Positions 23,119 to 36,294 of a DNA stretch of 64,000 nt are shown here, piece by piece. The notes under the pieces were generated by a model. The model did no database searches and was not told where the DNA came from. It saw only the letters and a list, made by a program, of their open reading frames with translations. The first letter of the stretch is position 1; each line of letters opens with the position of its first letter. A program made the position numbers and the translations under genes. This stretch comes from Octopus sinensis (Eukaryota), in the NCBI RefSeq assembly GCF_006345805.1, contig NC_043001.1:33666001-33730000 (forward strand), in the 5' to 3' direction.

Positions 23119-24150
23119 TTTGTGTGTGTGTGTGCATATAGTGTTTATTTATCTCCATTTGTTTAACAAATGCAGTCCTTTTGTGTGTGGCAAGGTAGGT
23201 CTGATATTTTGATGTTAGTGGTGGAGTGCAGGCTCATCAAACTAAGCACAACCATATATATTTTATCAAATATTTCCAAAGCAGCTGCAGTTGTTCAGAT
23301 ACAAGTTTCTGTAAATGTGTAGGCATTATTGCAAGTGACAGTAAGTGGATCATTGATGTATAAGAGGAAGAGCATGGGGACCAAAATCAAACCCTGGAGA
23401 ACACCAAAATTGATAAGGTGTCAGAAAGAACTTTATTAGAACACATGACTATATAGTCTTTGAAAGAAAACCACCAGTCCATCAGGTGAAAAGTGGATAT
23501 GGGGCATAGGATAGAAGTTTGATAGGATATTTACAAGCCTAATAAGGCTAAAAATTTTGTTGAAGTTGAAGGTAACAACACTACTATTTCTACATTGCTC
23601 AAGGATGAGATTTCACTTGTGAATAACATAGAACAGTAAATTTCCAGCTGTTGTGGCATCATGTCAACTGTACTGATGGTGATTAAGAAGCAAAGGAGGT
23701 TCAAGAAGTTGGAGAAAGTTGTTTTTGATTGTTGTCTATTACTTTTGAGATACTGGAAATGAGTAGTGGGTGGGGTCACTGGGGGGGTTAACCTCTTGGG
23801 AATGGGACATGTAAGAGTGTGCTTCCAAAGATCAGGATATATGCTTGCAGATAAAGAGAGAAGGATACATTGAAAAGTTTGATGTGGGTAATAGAAAGGG
23901 CATTGTCAAGATCATTGGACTCATTGGTTTGAACTGACCAGAGAAACTTTCACAACAAGGCATGTATGTGTGCATGATGAAGTGGAAAAGGGCAGTTTTG
24001 GAGCATGTTTATTGTGTTTAGTTTGAAGTCAGATGCAAAATGGGCAAAGAAAAGGAGATTCTGCAAAGTTAGGGAAGATTCTTTTGGCAAAGTACCAAAA
24101 GAATCAGATGTGAGGTAGTACGGCTTTAAGAATGTACAGTGGTCTTGAAG
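21740..24150 (-). mobile_element. Old degraded CR1/L2/Jockey-type LINE RT remnant, interrupted by microsatellite-rich sequence at ~22200-23200
   Basis: Minus-strand remnants GVLQGLILVPMLFLLYIND (GVPQGSVLGPLLF motif) near 23350-23410 and QQLLTLYKAQVKLTIDNCSRIW near 21780-21840. Confidence 0.6.
23048..23135. repeat. (TG)n microsatellite
   Basis: Direct reading. Confidence 0.95.
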
Positions 24151-24354
24151 AAGGAATATACCTCATACTATGGTCTTAGCCTAACTACATCAGCCTAACT
24201 ACATATGCTGGGGATAATTAACATCCACCCCTGAGAAAATTATTTAAGAAATAGAAAAAAAAATTCAAAAATAATGTGTGGTGACACTTTATTCTAACAT
24301 AAATAGTGAAAAGTAGAGAATCAAGTTTAAAATAATAATAAGTCATTAACTTAC

Positions 24355-24468
24355 TCTTTATTTTGAAGACCATTCTTTAAGTATGGTAAATATATTGTGT
24401 TGGCATAACTTTCTAAAGACCATAGTTTATAAAACAATACTGCATTAAACATGACAAGCAGTACCAAT
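24355..24468 (-). CDS. GRAMD1: GRAMD1 exon, second half of the TM helix (LVLLVMFNAVLFYKLWSLESYANTIYLPYLKNGLQNK)
   Basis: cctttatttcag / gtaagt, 114 nt, phase 2 to 2. LFYKLWxLE is the conserved GRAMD1 post-TM motif. Confidence 0.95.
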
Positions 24469-25049
24469 CTGAAATAAAGGAAATTTCACATAAAAACATC
24501 ATTAATAAAACATGAAATAACAGGAGATTTTAAGAAATATTTTTGTCCTGTTCACTGTAGAAACTAAAATGTCTTTCATACAAACTTTATAACAGAATGG
24601 CAGTTCCTGCAGTTTAAAATGACACACTCTAACATGGCTATTACTAAAAATGTTGACTCATATCTTTAATTGACTACTCCATACAAAAATCTATTCATGC
24701 AGAGATGATTATGGATATCTGTTAACAACAGGTGTTGAAATATTTATTCTCTGCCATTTTGAATATATATTCTGATACATTATAATTTAAAAAGTTGTAG
24801 TGTTTACTTCAATCACTCACTCTTTTAATGTCCTTCCTTTTTTCATGCAAGTGTCAATTAAATGGGAACATATTTCAAACAGGATTTTGAACAATGTTCT
24901 TGTAGCTAATCATTACCTGCTTTTCAAGTAAGAGGTTTTTCACTTCACAGGGGACCGAGACTTTGGGTAGTTAAATGTACTTGAGAAGAGACATCAAGCT
25001 AAGTAAAAGCATGGTTGTCCTTACATACAGGCTTGTCCCCTGCATCCCT

Positions 25050-25321
25050 CTCCAGCTGAGCGTTCCTAATTTTGCAGGCACATGGGTGCTGGTGCCATGT
25101 AAAAAGTACCTGTACTGTTGTCACATAAACATAACTGTGCTGGTACTGTGTAAAAGTACCCAGTACACTCTGTAAAGTGGTTGGTGTTAGGAAGGGCATC
25201 CAGCCATAGAAACCATGCCAAAACAGACATGGAACCTGGGCAGCTCTTCATCTGGCCAGTAACTGTCAAACCATCCAACCCATGCCAGCATGGAAAATTT
25301 ATGTTAAATGATGATGATGAG
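25050..25321 (+). mobile_element. RTE 3'-tail fragment
   Basis: gtggttggtgttaggaagggcatccag..ccatccaacccatgccagcatggaaa..atgatgatg. Confidence 0.8.
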
Positions 25322-27313
25322 GTCTTCAAAGGTGCAGTAAGACCAGGCACAATGTCAACAAAGAATGTAATCATCAAGAAAAGCCATGGGATGGTAACAC
25401 TCATGCACATTTGCACTCACACATTGTCCATCAGGAGACTCCTACCTCTTTTTTCAGCACATAAGAAACATAGAAGAAATGTATTTACATTCTTATTTCA
25501 CCTACAGCAAGGCTCTGCAATATTTAAATTTATTTAAGTTATTTTGATTCCTGTCACATTGTGCATAAAATAGATGTTTAATTTATGACAAAGCACCAAA
25601 AGCACAAATATACAAATTAAGGTATCCACAATGGTGCTAGCCTAATTTACAACTGCTTTATAAAGCAGGTGAATGTTCTGTGATATTTACTGGGAAGGAA
25701 GCAGGGTATGTCTTCTTTGAGAAGTTATTAATAAAATGGTGAAACGGTTTCTTTTTTCTGTGCATCAGAAGCAAGCAATGTACTTGCTTACTTTCTTATT
25801 TCAATCACAGCAAAGCATCATAGTAGATTGTAAACACACACAAAATGGGCTTCCTACAGTTTCTATTAATCAATTTCACTTTCAAGTATTGGTCAGCCAA
25901 GGGCTTTAGTAGAAGATGCTTGCCTGCACCATAGCAGTGAAACTGAATTTGAAACCATGTGGATGCAAAGTAAATTTTGCAACCACATAGCCATAATAAT
26001 GATAATAATAATGAAATTATTGTGTATAGTGCTCAGGTGCACTACAACTCATCAAAGGTGCATGTACAGTACGTAAAATTATGTACAAGAGTCAGGAAAG
26101 TGAACAGTGTATGAGTCATAATATACATGTGTGCATGTGTATATCTGTACCTTATAGAACTTACAATTATTTGGCATTAAGGTGAAATTTTAGATTTGGA
26201 ATCAATCTTCAAATTAATGCAAGTACAAAACTGAAGTTGTTGAATGGATATGATATAGCCCTGTCAACCCATAGACCTCGAGTTCAACTTCACTACAGTT
26301 GTTCTGAGGCCTTTCACTAAATTCTTAGCATCTTAATGCACATAATTTACATGAATAGGAGCTAGGTGATTTAAAAATGTTATCTGCAATAAACTGAAGG
26401 CTTATTTAGCAAGAGATTTATTTATCTGCTTATCATCATAAAAACCTTTCATAACCCGGAAGGCATATTTTCTTTTTCTTTTTTATGTAGTTAAGTAGAA
26501 ATGTCAGGATTCTCTTAGTTGATTAATGGGATAGCAAGATGCTTATCTTAGCTAAATCTCTGCACTCCCCACCCAGCCCCAGCAAAAAAACAAAAACATT
26601 AAGTTTCAAAGATATAAAAAGACATTAAACTAATAAATCTTCATAATGACCAAAAATGCTAGATATAAAGAAGCAACCAGTATTATATCCATTCATATCA
26701 TTTTTCAATAATAAAAGTTAGTAATTTCTGATGTTCAATCTCTTATCTCTTTCATCTTTTTTTATCAGTACCTTTGAATATGATATTTTAAATTTTAATC
26801 TCATCACATCAAATGAAAAATATCACTGGGGTGTTGTGTGATAGCTACTGATAGCTTTATTTGGTTTTCAAACAAGGAAACAATAATTTGATCTGTACAA
26901 AAAGTAAAACATCTTACTAATAATTTTACATTCTTGGAAAATTTAGGTGTGTATGCATGCATATGTGCACATGCCAGTAGGCATTTGTGCACATGCCTGG
27001 AGGTTATTTGTGCATATGTATGAGAAAGTTGGAGAGAGAAAAGCAGATAATAAAATTGTTAATTTAAAGCCATATCCTTTTGTTGTAAGATAAAGAAAAC
27101 CCAGCTTCATAGGAAAGAATATAACTGGCTGAACAAGTACCAGTGCATTACTAGTACATATTTTATCAAGCCCATTAGGATAAAAGGCAAAACAGGGATT
27201 TAAAAAAATGGAACAGGGTGCTAATTGAAATTAATTCTCATTTCTTCTGCAGTTTTAACAATTGATGATGAAGAAAGTATTTGGAAAACAATGGTAAATG
27301 CAACAATACTTAC

Positions 27314-27383
27314 ACAAAACAAACTATTCTGATCATTGTGTCAGCATTGAGTTTAATAATCTTTTCATCTTTTGATAACTGAC
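27314..27383 (-). CDS. GRAMD1: GRAMD1 exon, start of the TM helix (QLSKDEKIIKLNADTMIRIVCF)
   Basis: tcattctgttgtttcag / gtaagt, 70 nt, phase 1 to 2. Joins in frame to give IRIVCFVLVLLVMFNAVLFYKLW. Confidence 0.9.
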
Positions 27384-27505
27384 CTGAAACAACAGAATGA
27401 AATAGAGTAGATAGAACATAGTAGATAACAGAGCTAAACTAACTAAACTAATAAAGACTGCTTTTAATTTGTACTACTGACTACAGAAAGTAAATTAACT
27501 TAAGT

Positions 27506-27506
<1 letters not shown>

Positions 27507-27541
<35 letters not shown>

Positions 27542-27556
27542 CACACACACACACAC
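27507..27556. repeat. (CA)n microsatellite
   Basis: Direct reading. Confidence 0.95.
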
Positions 27557-28120
27557 AGTGACTTACATAGACACACATACACAGAAAAAGAAAATGGTTT
27601 GTTTCAAATAACATTGAAAAAATATGAAGTGAAAGAAGTTGGCTCATTTCGGAGATATTTCAAGTTAGAACAAGATTTTCTTGTTCAAATTCTACAAGGA
27701 GTTGCAAATTGACACTAAAAAATACAAAATATTTACTGTCATTCAAACACCCCCTTAGGAAAGTATCTAAAATGGCAATATAATTCTATAAACATGTTAA
27801 CTTCATATCTAGGTCAGTGGGGCTGGCAAGTAAACAATAATATTTAAATAAAATCTAACATCTTAAAATGGCTCGGATGTTTGTCAATTTCTTTATTAAA
27901 AATCGAAGAATTAAATACTAATGAAGCTTGTATTTGAGTGCAACAAATACATTTTCAAGCAGCCAGTAGTTATTTCACAACAGAGTATCTGGCAGATTGC
28001 TCAGCAATGAGCAATTAGCTCAATAACAGCCAAATGACAAACTGATAGAAAAATTACCTTCACTAAAGAAGGAGTATATGTGTGTGTATTGAGTTACTTT
28101 ATACCATCCTGATGGCAATA

Positions 28121-28340
28121 CAGTAATCCCTCAACTATTGTGAGTGTTACGTTCCAAAACACCCCACGATAGGTGAAAATCTGCGAAGTAAAAACAGCAC
28201 TGTACTGTATGTTTTTTCTCAATTATTTTTATAATTTGTATATATTTTATTATAAATGCAAAACAACACCATGGAGGAATTGACATAAGTTTAAATAATA
28301 AACCATGATAGGTGAACTGCGATATGGCGAGGGATTACAG
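28121..28340. mobile_element. 220-bp pogo/Tigger-like MITE
   Basis: TA|CAGTAATCCCTC ... GAGGGATTACAG|TA (1 mismatch in the first 12 bp). TA TSD and CAGT start are typical of Tc1/mariner/pogo. Confidence 0.7.
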
Positions 28341-28634
28341 TACCATGTTGAAAGTAACAGTACTCATAAAATCACAGCAGTTACATGAAAAATCAGGCCT
28401 GGTTAATAGTTAAGTAGGTAATCATCTAGAAAAATCAAAACACCACAATCTTTACTTTTGGTGATGATGCCTCATTTGAGAGACACCAAAGGGGACTGCA
28501 ACTAATACAAAAATGCAACGAAGTAATAAAATGTATGAGAAATGAAAAAAATGAAAAAGACATGGAGGAATTTAAATTAAAGAATAAACGAAAGACAAGA
28601 ATCTGATTGGAAAATGAACCATTTTTTAACTTAC

Positions 28635-28820
28635 TTTTTGAAGGTGAGGAAGGAGTGACTGATTTTGCCTTTGACTTAGAATCGGCACCTGGTCGTTGTA
28701 CTGGTGTTTCAGACGTACTACCTATTTGCCGACGACGTTTGCGTACTTTTTTCTTTGATACAGAATGACTACCTGAATGGTTCTGTTCCAATTTTTCAGA
28801 TTCTGCTTGCAATTCACAAG
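28635..28820 (-). CDS. GRAMD1: GRAMD1 exon, end of VASt helix and polybasic linker (ACELQAESEKLEQNHSGSHSVSKKKVRKRRRQ..TPSSPSK)
   Basis: attcatatag / gtaagt, 186 nt, phase 1 to 1. Basic cluster resembles the one after VASt in GRAMD1B. Confidence 0.9.
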
Positions 28821-31437
28821 CTATATGAATGGTTTAAAATAATTTGAATGCAAAAATAAATAGGTATTTTAAAAAATTCAAAGAAAAAACTCTTATACTC
28901 AACAAAATGATTTTACAATCATGTTTAGAAAGAAATATTACAGAGGTTCAAACACACAAAAAGGTTACAATTACAAAAAAATAGATAAACATAATAAAAA
29001 GTAAAGTCAACTGAAAATAACAGGAATCAAAACATGTTTAGAAGATTAGACTTAATTTTTGTGAATAGTAAAATGTAAGACAAAGTACATCGTAAATTTT
29101 CTTTAACAGAATAACATATGGGAAAAAAAAATGGAATTTTCAAAAAGCACATCAATTTGTAAAAAGGAAGAGTGATGTTGAATTTAATTTGTTTCTTAGT
29201 TCTTTTTAAGAATCAATTATTATCAATTTTTGATTACCTAAGTTTTTCCAACATGTAAAAAGCTAATTACCACAAGTTTTGTCTCTAATTTAATATAATA
29301 TATATATATATATATATTTAGCATATTTTTATTTGTGAAAAGCAAAAGCTGCATACAAAAAATGAAAATTGTTCCTAAAACTACTTGTTTATCATCTGTG
29401 TAAAAATATTGGTAGCACACCTGCCTTTTACTTAACTGGATGTTCACAAGTGCTAGTACACTATTAGCTTTCAATTGAAGGCCTTAGGGAAGATGGTAGA
29501 ACATAGGGTACTGGCATATTGCCATACTAAATAGAATAGATGTTTAATAGGTAAACAATAACAATAAGAATGAAACAGTCACAATGAGTTTCAGGACTTC
29601 TCATCATAAGATAATTGCAAAAATCAATTATTCTGACTAATCATGAGTTAGGACACTGTTTGGAGATGGGTGAGTAATCAAATGGATTTTGTTCTAGAAA
29701 TACTTAGCATATTGAAACAACAGCTCTATAACACTATATCAGACATAGATTAAGTTATATTCTAACAGAATCATGGTTTATGTCAAAGGAGAAAGAAGCT
29801 TCTGCTGCTGCTGATGATGATGATGATGATGCCAATGACAATGGTTACAAGTAGTTTTCTTTCATCAAGTCCAACATTTACAAACAAAGTTAAGCTGGCT
29901 TGATTTGAATCTCCAAATCAAATTACTTTAAAGCTATATTGCAACATTTGCTTGATTTAATATTCAAGTATGTTTCACATGAGTGGCAAATTATTGTAAA
30001 TACTCCTGAGATGCTTTAGAATTGATCAATGCTATAAACTGATCAATATACAATGTACCTAAGATCATAGGTTATTACCAATCGATACATTTCCATACAA
30101 TACTCTCAGAACCTGGGAAAATAAGTAGCTTTAAGTATTGATGAGATGGACATTTGCACTAAATGTCATGCTGAAGACTTTTTCAGACATATGCATGTCT
30201 ATAGTGTGTGTATGCATATAAAACTTAAAATAGTTTCCAAGAAATATGAGAATTCATTTTTTCAAGCATCTTATTCTTTTCCCATCTGTACAGTCTGCTG
30301 ATTGCATGCACTGAGTTTTGGTCAGTGATACCAACAAACATTTGCAATTGTCCAGTTACCTTTATTACAACAAACATTTACAGCTGTCTTACGATACGAT
30401 ACGTTGCAGGTTAAGATTTAGGGTTACTGCACACTTGAAAAGCTTCATTAATTCACAACAATGTTTGTTGTAACGCTTCTATTACAGACAGGAGAAGAAT
30501 AAGAAAAGAGGTGTGTGGGTAAAAGCAAAGAAAAGATGGGATAAGAAAGCTGAAGTAAATGATGAAGAAGATTAAAGAAATTAATGTAATTAATATAAAT
30601 GAATAAAAAACAAAGGAAGTTAATTTCCCTTGTATACAAGCAAGTATACTCTTGGGCAAGTATGCATAAACATATGAACACATAGACATACAATTGGTAA
30701 GGATAACTGTAAGGCTTTTTCTTCATTAATTTGTTTTATATGAATGTTTTTTTTTTACCCAAGTTAAATAATTTCACATGTTCAGGCCACTATACACAAA
30801 CAGTTGTGATTTCTTGCACATGAAGGGAAGTCTAGAGTCAGTTGTTATCAGTGTATGATAAAAAACATATCAGATTCTTCCAGATGCTTGTATAACACTG
30901 ATCAACATTAGGGAAAGAAAACAGTGAACACAAAATAAAGAAAAAAAGGTGGATGAAAAGTTACGATTGGAGCAAAGTTATCAAGAGCTGCAGGTGAAAT
31001 GATTATATTCAGTCATGTTACTTCTAGGATACCTAAAATATGTACAAAAGAGAGGTGTTATTTGATAGACCTTATTTGGAATCTTTAACTTACTAGTCTG
31101 CTCCACAAGCCAGTTGGTTTACCTTTAGGAAAGGGAATCCAAAATTGAGTCTTTGAGTCAATAGTTTAATCTACAATGTAGTGGAATACTAATGCTATAT
31201 ATCTGTGACTGCAGTTTGTCTGGGGAAATCCATTTAGACTCAAGGACTCTCATGTAATATAATATGATGAACTGATTATAAAAAATTCTCATGTTTTTCA
31301 AAGATATTCAAATTTTAAAGGCTACAATCCTTTGATGAGTTAAGTGATCCCTATTCTACTATTCCTAACTATGCACATACATACAACCATTAAAAAACAA
31401 AAAAAAAACCCTTTAAATTTAAAATAACATCACTTAC

Positions 31438-31491
31438 CTAATGAATGAAAATATTCTGAACAACCATGAGCAGCATTTTTCTCAATTATAT
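31438..31491 (-). CDS. GRAMD1: GRAMD1 54-nt exon, VASt C-terminal helix (NIIEKNAAHGCSEYFHSL)
   Basis: ttaattctctttttag / gtaagt, phase 1 to 1. Aligns to the GRAMD1B segment FIEKNFWSGLEDYFRHL as I recall it. Absent from the ORF track. Confidence 0.93.
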
Positions 31492-34149
31492 CTAAAAAGA
31501 GAATTAAGACCACATAAATAAATACACACACACAAACACACATATGTTGACATGAATCATGTGTAGTATATATAGGTGAAATTTCAAACATAATATTATA
31601 ATAAATGATAATAAGAACAGAAATGAGCAGAGAAAGATGTGTAATGAAGTAGATAGATCAGTACTTATTACAAAGGTATAACTGATAATATAGTTGATAT
31701 ACAGATTTACTGAGTTAGTAGGGGGTGAAGGGCACATGAACACTACTTGTCAAGAAGGGGTAGATGGAGATTCCAAGTATTCAGTAACCATCATCGGAAT
31801 TATATCTTTTGTTAGACTATTAGTTACAGGTGGATGGACATTAATGGAATGGTCTTCCCTGTGCCATTATAAAATGAATATATGTAAGAATATTTTCAGC
31901 AAAAATATTCACTTTGCAAACGCTAATGTGCTAAGTGAACTTAACTACTATTGGTATTCCAGCTGCAGATACCTGTCATATAAAGCTGACTTTAGTTAAC
32001 AACCATTTTATTAACCATCCACTTCACAAATATATACTTATATTGTACAATAAACCAAAGTGCAGGAACAGCCTCGACTCCCCAAACAATATTTTACACA
32101 ATGCTGTTGGAATGATGTTCTGGCTGCTGCAAATAACTGACTTTTATGTGCAGCTTAATGGCAAACATTGCTGAGTAATGCAGTGACTAGGAATGTCTGT
32201 ACTGCCTTGTTTGAAACAGCCATTACTAAGAGAGAGATGGAGAACATATATACATGGAAGAAAGTGAACTCAATAAAGGCAAAACTATAAACGCTTTAAT
32301 AATATCAGTTCTATGTATAACAATACAATAAAAAAAATATATCCAAATGAAATAAAATTATATATTTAAATATGTAACAATGGAAATTCTATTTTTCTGA
32401 AAAGTCAGATTTTTACAGTAATATTACATTTTCTAACATTCTGAACAGTGACTAATGATAGCAGACATTTACATAAAAAAATTTTATTTGAATTTTTATC
32501 ATCTAAATTTCACATTTCCAATGAGTATGCAGTATTCTGTATAGTACAACACAAAAGTTAAACATACACAAAGCAGCTATCTCTGACTTTAACCCATAGT
32601 ATACTGTCAAACAAAAGTAGCTGAATATTTGATGATTGAGCAGATTTATGAAAAAAGCTATTCTGAATAAGTAACCACTTGAGGGCTCCCCAGTGCTTAG
32701 GAGGAGGGAGGGAATTTCCTATTGCAATTTTGGGGTAGAAATGATGGATAATGCAGTATTAGTATAGTTAACATGGACTGAATAATATTTGATAGTAATA
32801 CAGATATTATTACTAAAAGATGAAAGAATTATACAGTAAAACAGTATTTGATACAAAGTATTTTGCATAGGTGGAATGCAAAACAACCAAGTTTGAAATA
32901 ACAAAGCCTGATATTGTAATGACAGAAGAGACAGAGTGAAGATATGAAATGATAATATATTGTCAAGACAATTTCCAGTGACACCAAGTCTGTTGATCAG
33001 GACAGATTTCTTCCAAATGCAACCTAAAATACCAAATCTTAAAAATTATTAGTATAATGAGAAATATTATACCATTGTATATTTGAATGCTAAATATACC
33101 AGGTGTATGGTAGAATCAGTACAGTGTCAGACAAAATACTTTGCGGTATTGAGTTACATCCCTTAATGTTCTGAGTTTAAATCCCAAAATAAGTACAAGA
33201 GTCAGAGTAATGAGCTATACCATAAAGGGTTATGTCCATGTAAGGTTACAGTCCAATAAATGGGAAACCAGTCAAAGAAGTATAAAACTGTAGCATCTTT
33301 CAACTTATTCAGAGCTCATGTATGCTCTGAGAGAGAAAGTTAAGTCCTGAGTAGTTTCCTTATTATAATGAAGTAAAGCTTTTATTATTAGGTCAGGTTT
33401 GTAAGGAAATAGCAATCAGAAACTAGATTCCTTGGTAATGTAAGACATTTAGCTGACCTTGAAATATTACAAGTATTTTTATTAACCCTAGAAAAGAGGT
33501 CAAGTTAAATATATAAACAATGACTATACTACTACTACTGCTGCAAAATTTTTTAAAAATCGTCTTATGCTAAGAATTAAGAACTACTCCAAGTCCATAT
33601 TACAAGAGTTTGTTCAAGAAATGTATAACTGACAGAATATAGAAGCTTAGAACATACAGTTAAGACAAAAACTGGAAAAGCTACTATATGATATATTGAC
33701 ATAAATATAAGAATCATCATCATCACCACCATCACCACCACCACCACCTTCATCATCATTGTTTTAATGTCCACTTTTCAATGCTCACTCGGGTTGACTG
33801 GAATATGTTGAGACAGATTTCCTGCCTACCCAGAAAAATTTGTACTTAGGTTTCTTGCTTATGAGCAGTCTGGTCAAGGTTGCCCTCCAACATAACTCTT
33901 GCATGCACACACAAGTTTGGTATTTAAACTTTAAATCATAAGATGTTTTAAAAACTACTCAATGATAAAATCTCCAATGTTGTTGGAGGTTGCATTCCTT
34001 AATATTTTAACTTTGCAAAACCTTTTAAATTTTTGATTTTCTTAATTTTTAAAAAATTTGATTTTTTTTAGCATTGTACAGTTTAAGTTGACTTGTAGCC
34101 TCTTAGTATAAATAATGCTGATTTCTTGTTAGATACTATGTCAACTGCT

Positions 34150-34880
34150 GGAATATAGCACTATCTTATCAAGTCCAAAATGCTACTGACAATTTAGCAA
34201 GGATGGAGAGTAGAGAAGCGAAGTCAACATCAACAGGATTAGAATTTAAAATGCTAAAATACAATACTAAATACTGAAAGATCTTTAATGCCAGACTATT
34301 GTATTTCAGATCATTCATTGCTATTCCCATGACATACACTATTAGGATAATGTTTACGTTCCATTCTGCATTAGTGTGTGTGTGTTTAATGGTGTGTGAC
34401 TTTCTACAAAACTCAAGACCCACAAAGGAATACTGCTCTCTCATCTGGGACAGCGCTACTGCAACACACACAAACATCCTAGACAGCAGCTAAAAGATAA
34501 CAATACAAAATGATTGACAAAAATTCACTCACCAGCATAGATATGCTGCATCCTCACTTTCACAGCTACAACTGCTACAGCCTCTACCTTTTGGAAGTAG
34601 ATAGTTGTGTGTCATCTTCCCAGCCTAAGTCTATCCACCTGAAATGCCCTTGTCTCATCCATTCAATCACATCTGCTGTCTCTCTTACTTCATATGCATT
34701 CAGACACCTTGCTGCTATTCCCAAACCTTTCTTCAAAAAATATGAGCTCTCTGGAATTTTATTTTCATCTATATTTTCATGTACTCATTGACTTACAGAT
34801 GTTCAAACTGAACATCCATTATACTAATCTCACCAGTTCCAAAAGATTTGTTAAGGTCATGGATACGTACCCCTCCACCT
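34150..34880 (+). mobile_element. Old degraded LINE 3' end, same type as 21740-24150
   Basis: Plus-strand remnants RPTKEYCSLIWDSATATHTNILD and DLQMFKLNIHYTNL, which are ORF2 C-terminal motifs. Confidence 0.6.
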
Positions 34881-36101
34881 GACTAAGCCTCAAACACATA
34901 AATAAATATCTACTCTGATAGTGAATAAAATTGAACAATGAGATAGGCTTCCCTGTGAACAATAAACTAGGCTTTTACTGTAAACAATAAAATACACTTT
35001 TACTGTGTAACATTTAAAAAATACTTGTTGCATGCAAAATTACAAATAATGGAAACTATCTGAAATATTTTTGAATATTCATAAGGCATGCTTTTCAATT
35101 AAAATGCAATTCATTATAGAATGGCAAGTATAAATAAAGAATATATAGTATATATAAAAGCTAGAGTCTATGATTTTACTCATAACATTTGCAAATAATA
35201 CTGAGAAAAATAGCACACATGGTAGAGATGGAACTATGAAGCTGGATATTGGTTTATGATGTTCATGTTTTTCCCAAAATCATTTGAAACAAATAAAACA
35301 AAATGCTTCAGAACTGAAACCATTTTACATACTTGACTCATTAAGTGCACTTTACAATATATAATATTGATCTACTTTGACTCTGCCCTTAGTCAAACAA
35401 ATTTTATAGAGGAAGAACAGATGACTAAACCACCACCAGTATAAAACTGGTACTTATTTTTTTTTTTACTCTGATGCAATGAAAAGGCAAACAAAATATT
35501 AACTAGAATACTCAGCTTCAATACTGGTTTTTATATTAGTACAAGGCCATAAATGACCAAAGCTGAAATACCATCATTTAAATGGAATCTTGTAAATGAG
35601 TTGTACTAAATTTATTAATGCCACAAGGATGAAAGGTAAAATCAATCATGATGGTGTTTGAAGTCAAAATGTAAAGAAACAAATCTAAATATCATAACAG
35701 ATTTAGTTGTGCACAGTGACATTTCTGAATCCATCCCCACTCCAGCGTAATTATTGATTTCTAACATTTGTACAAGACCAAATATAGTCAATTAAATCAA
35801 CTTCAGTATTCACTTGACTGATACTTTATTTCATCTACCCCACAAAGGATGAAAGGCAATGTGGAGCTTGGCAGGATTTGAACTTAGAACATAAAAGTAC
35901 ACAGCTAAATACCACAAGCCAATGTGTCCACCACATTAGTGATTCAACCAATTTGCAGCACAAGTGTAGTATAAATATTAACAGTAAACATAAATGTTAG
36001 CATTATCAATAATTATAATTCTAAATGTTGCCAGAGATATTTGATGTTTAATGAACAATTTTTAAAGATTTTTTTTTTTAGATAAATAAGAAGATGCTTA
36101 C

Positions 36102-36294
36102 TTTTTACAATGCCCCACAATGTTTTTCTATAACGTACATCACTTGTTACTTTGAGTCTACATTTGGTATAAGACGCTCTAGTGATGCAATACCGGTGCT
36201 CAACATAAAATGATTCAGTGTAAGGTACAGAAGCCATTGTGGTAGAAGTGTCGATGACATACAACATTCCAGGTTGACTCTGTTTGTAACACAC
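36102..36294 (-). CDS. GRAMD1: GRAMD1 exon, VASt core (VCYKQSQPGMLYVIDTSTTMASVPYTESFYVEHRYCITRASYTKCRLKVTSDVRYRKTLWGIVK)
   Basis: tcttttgcccgtcag / gtaagc, 193 nt, phase 0 to 1. Carries VASt motifs YVID..VPY...FY...RY and RYRK..WG.VK. Confidence 0.96.

Noticed and set aside
34532-34878. Minus-strand exon-like units (GGVRIHDLNKSF.., and MTHNYLLPKGRGCSSC.., which could splice to 33023 as a 47-aa small ORF)
   Set aside because: The plus strand here translates to LINE ORF2 C-terminal motifs, so the open frames and splice-like sites are best explained as the antisense of a decayed LINE.
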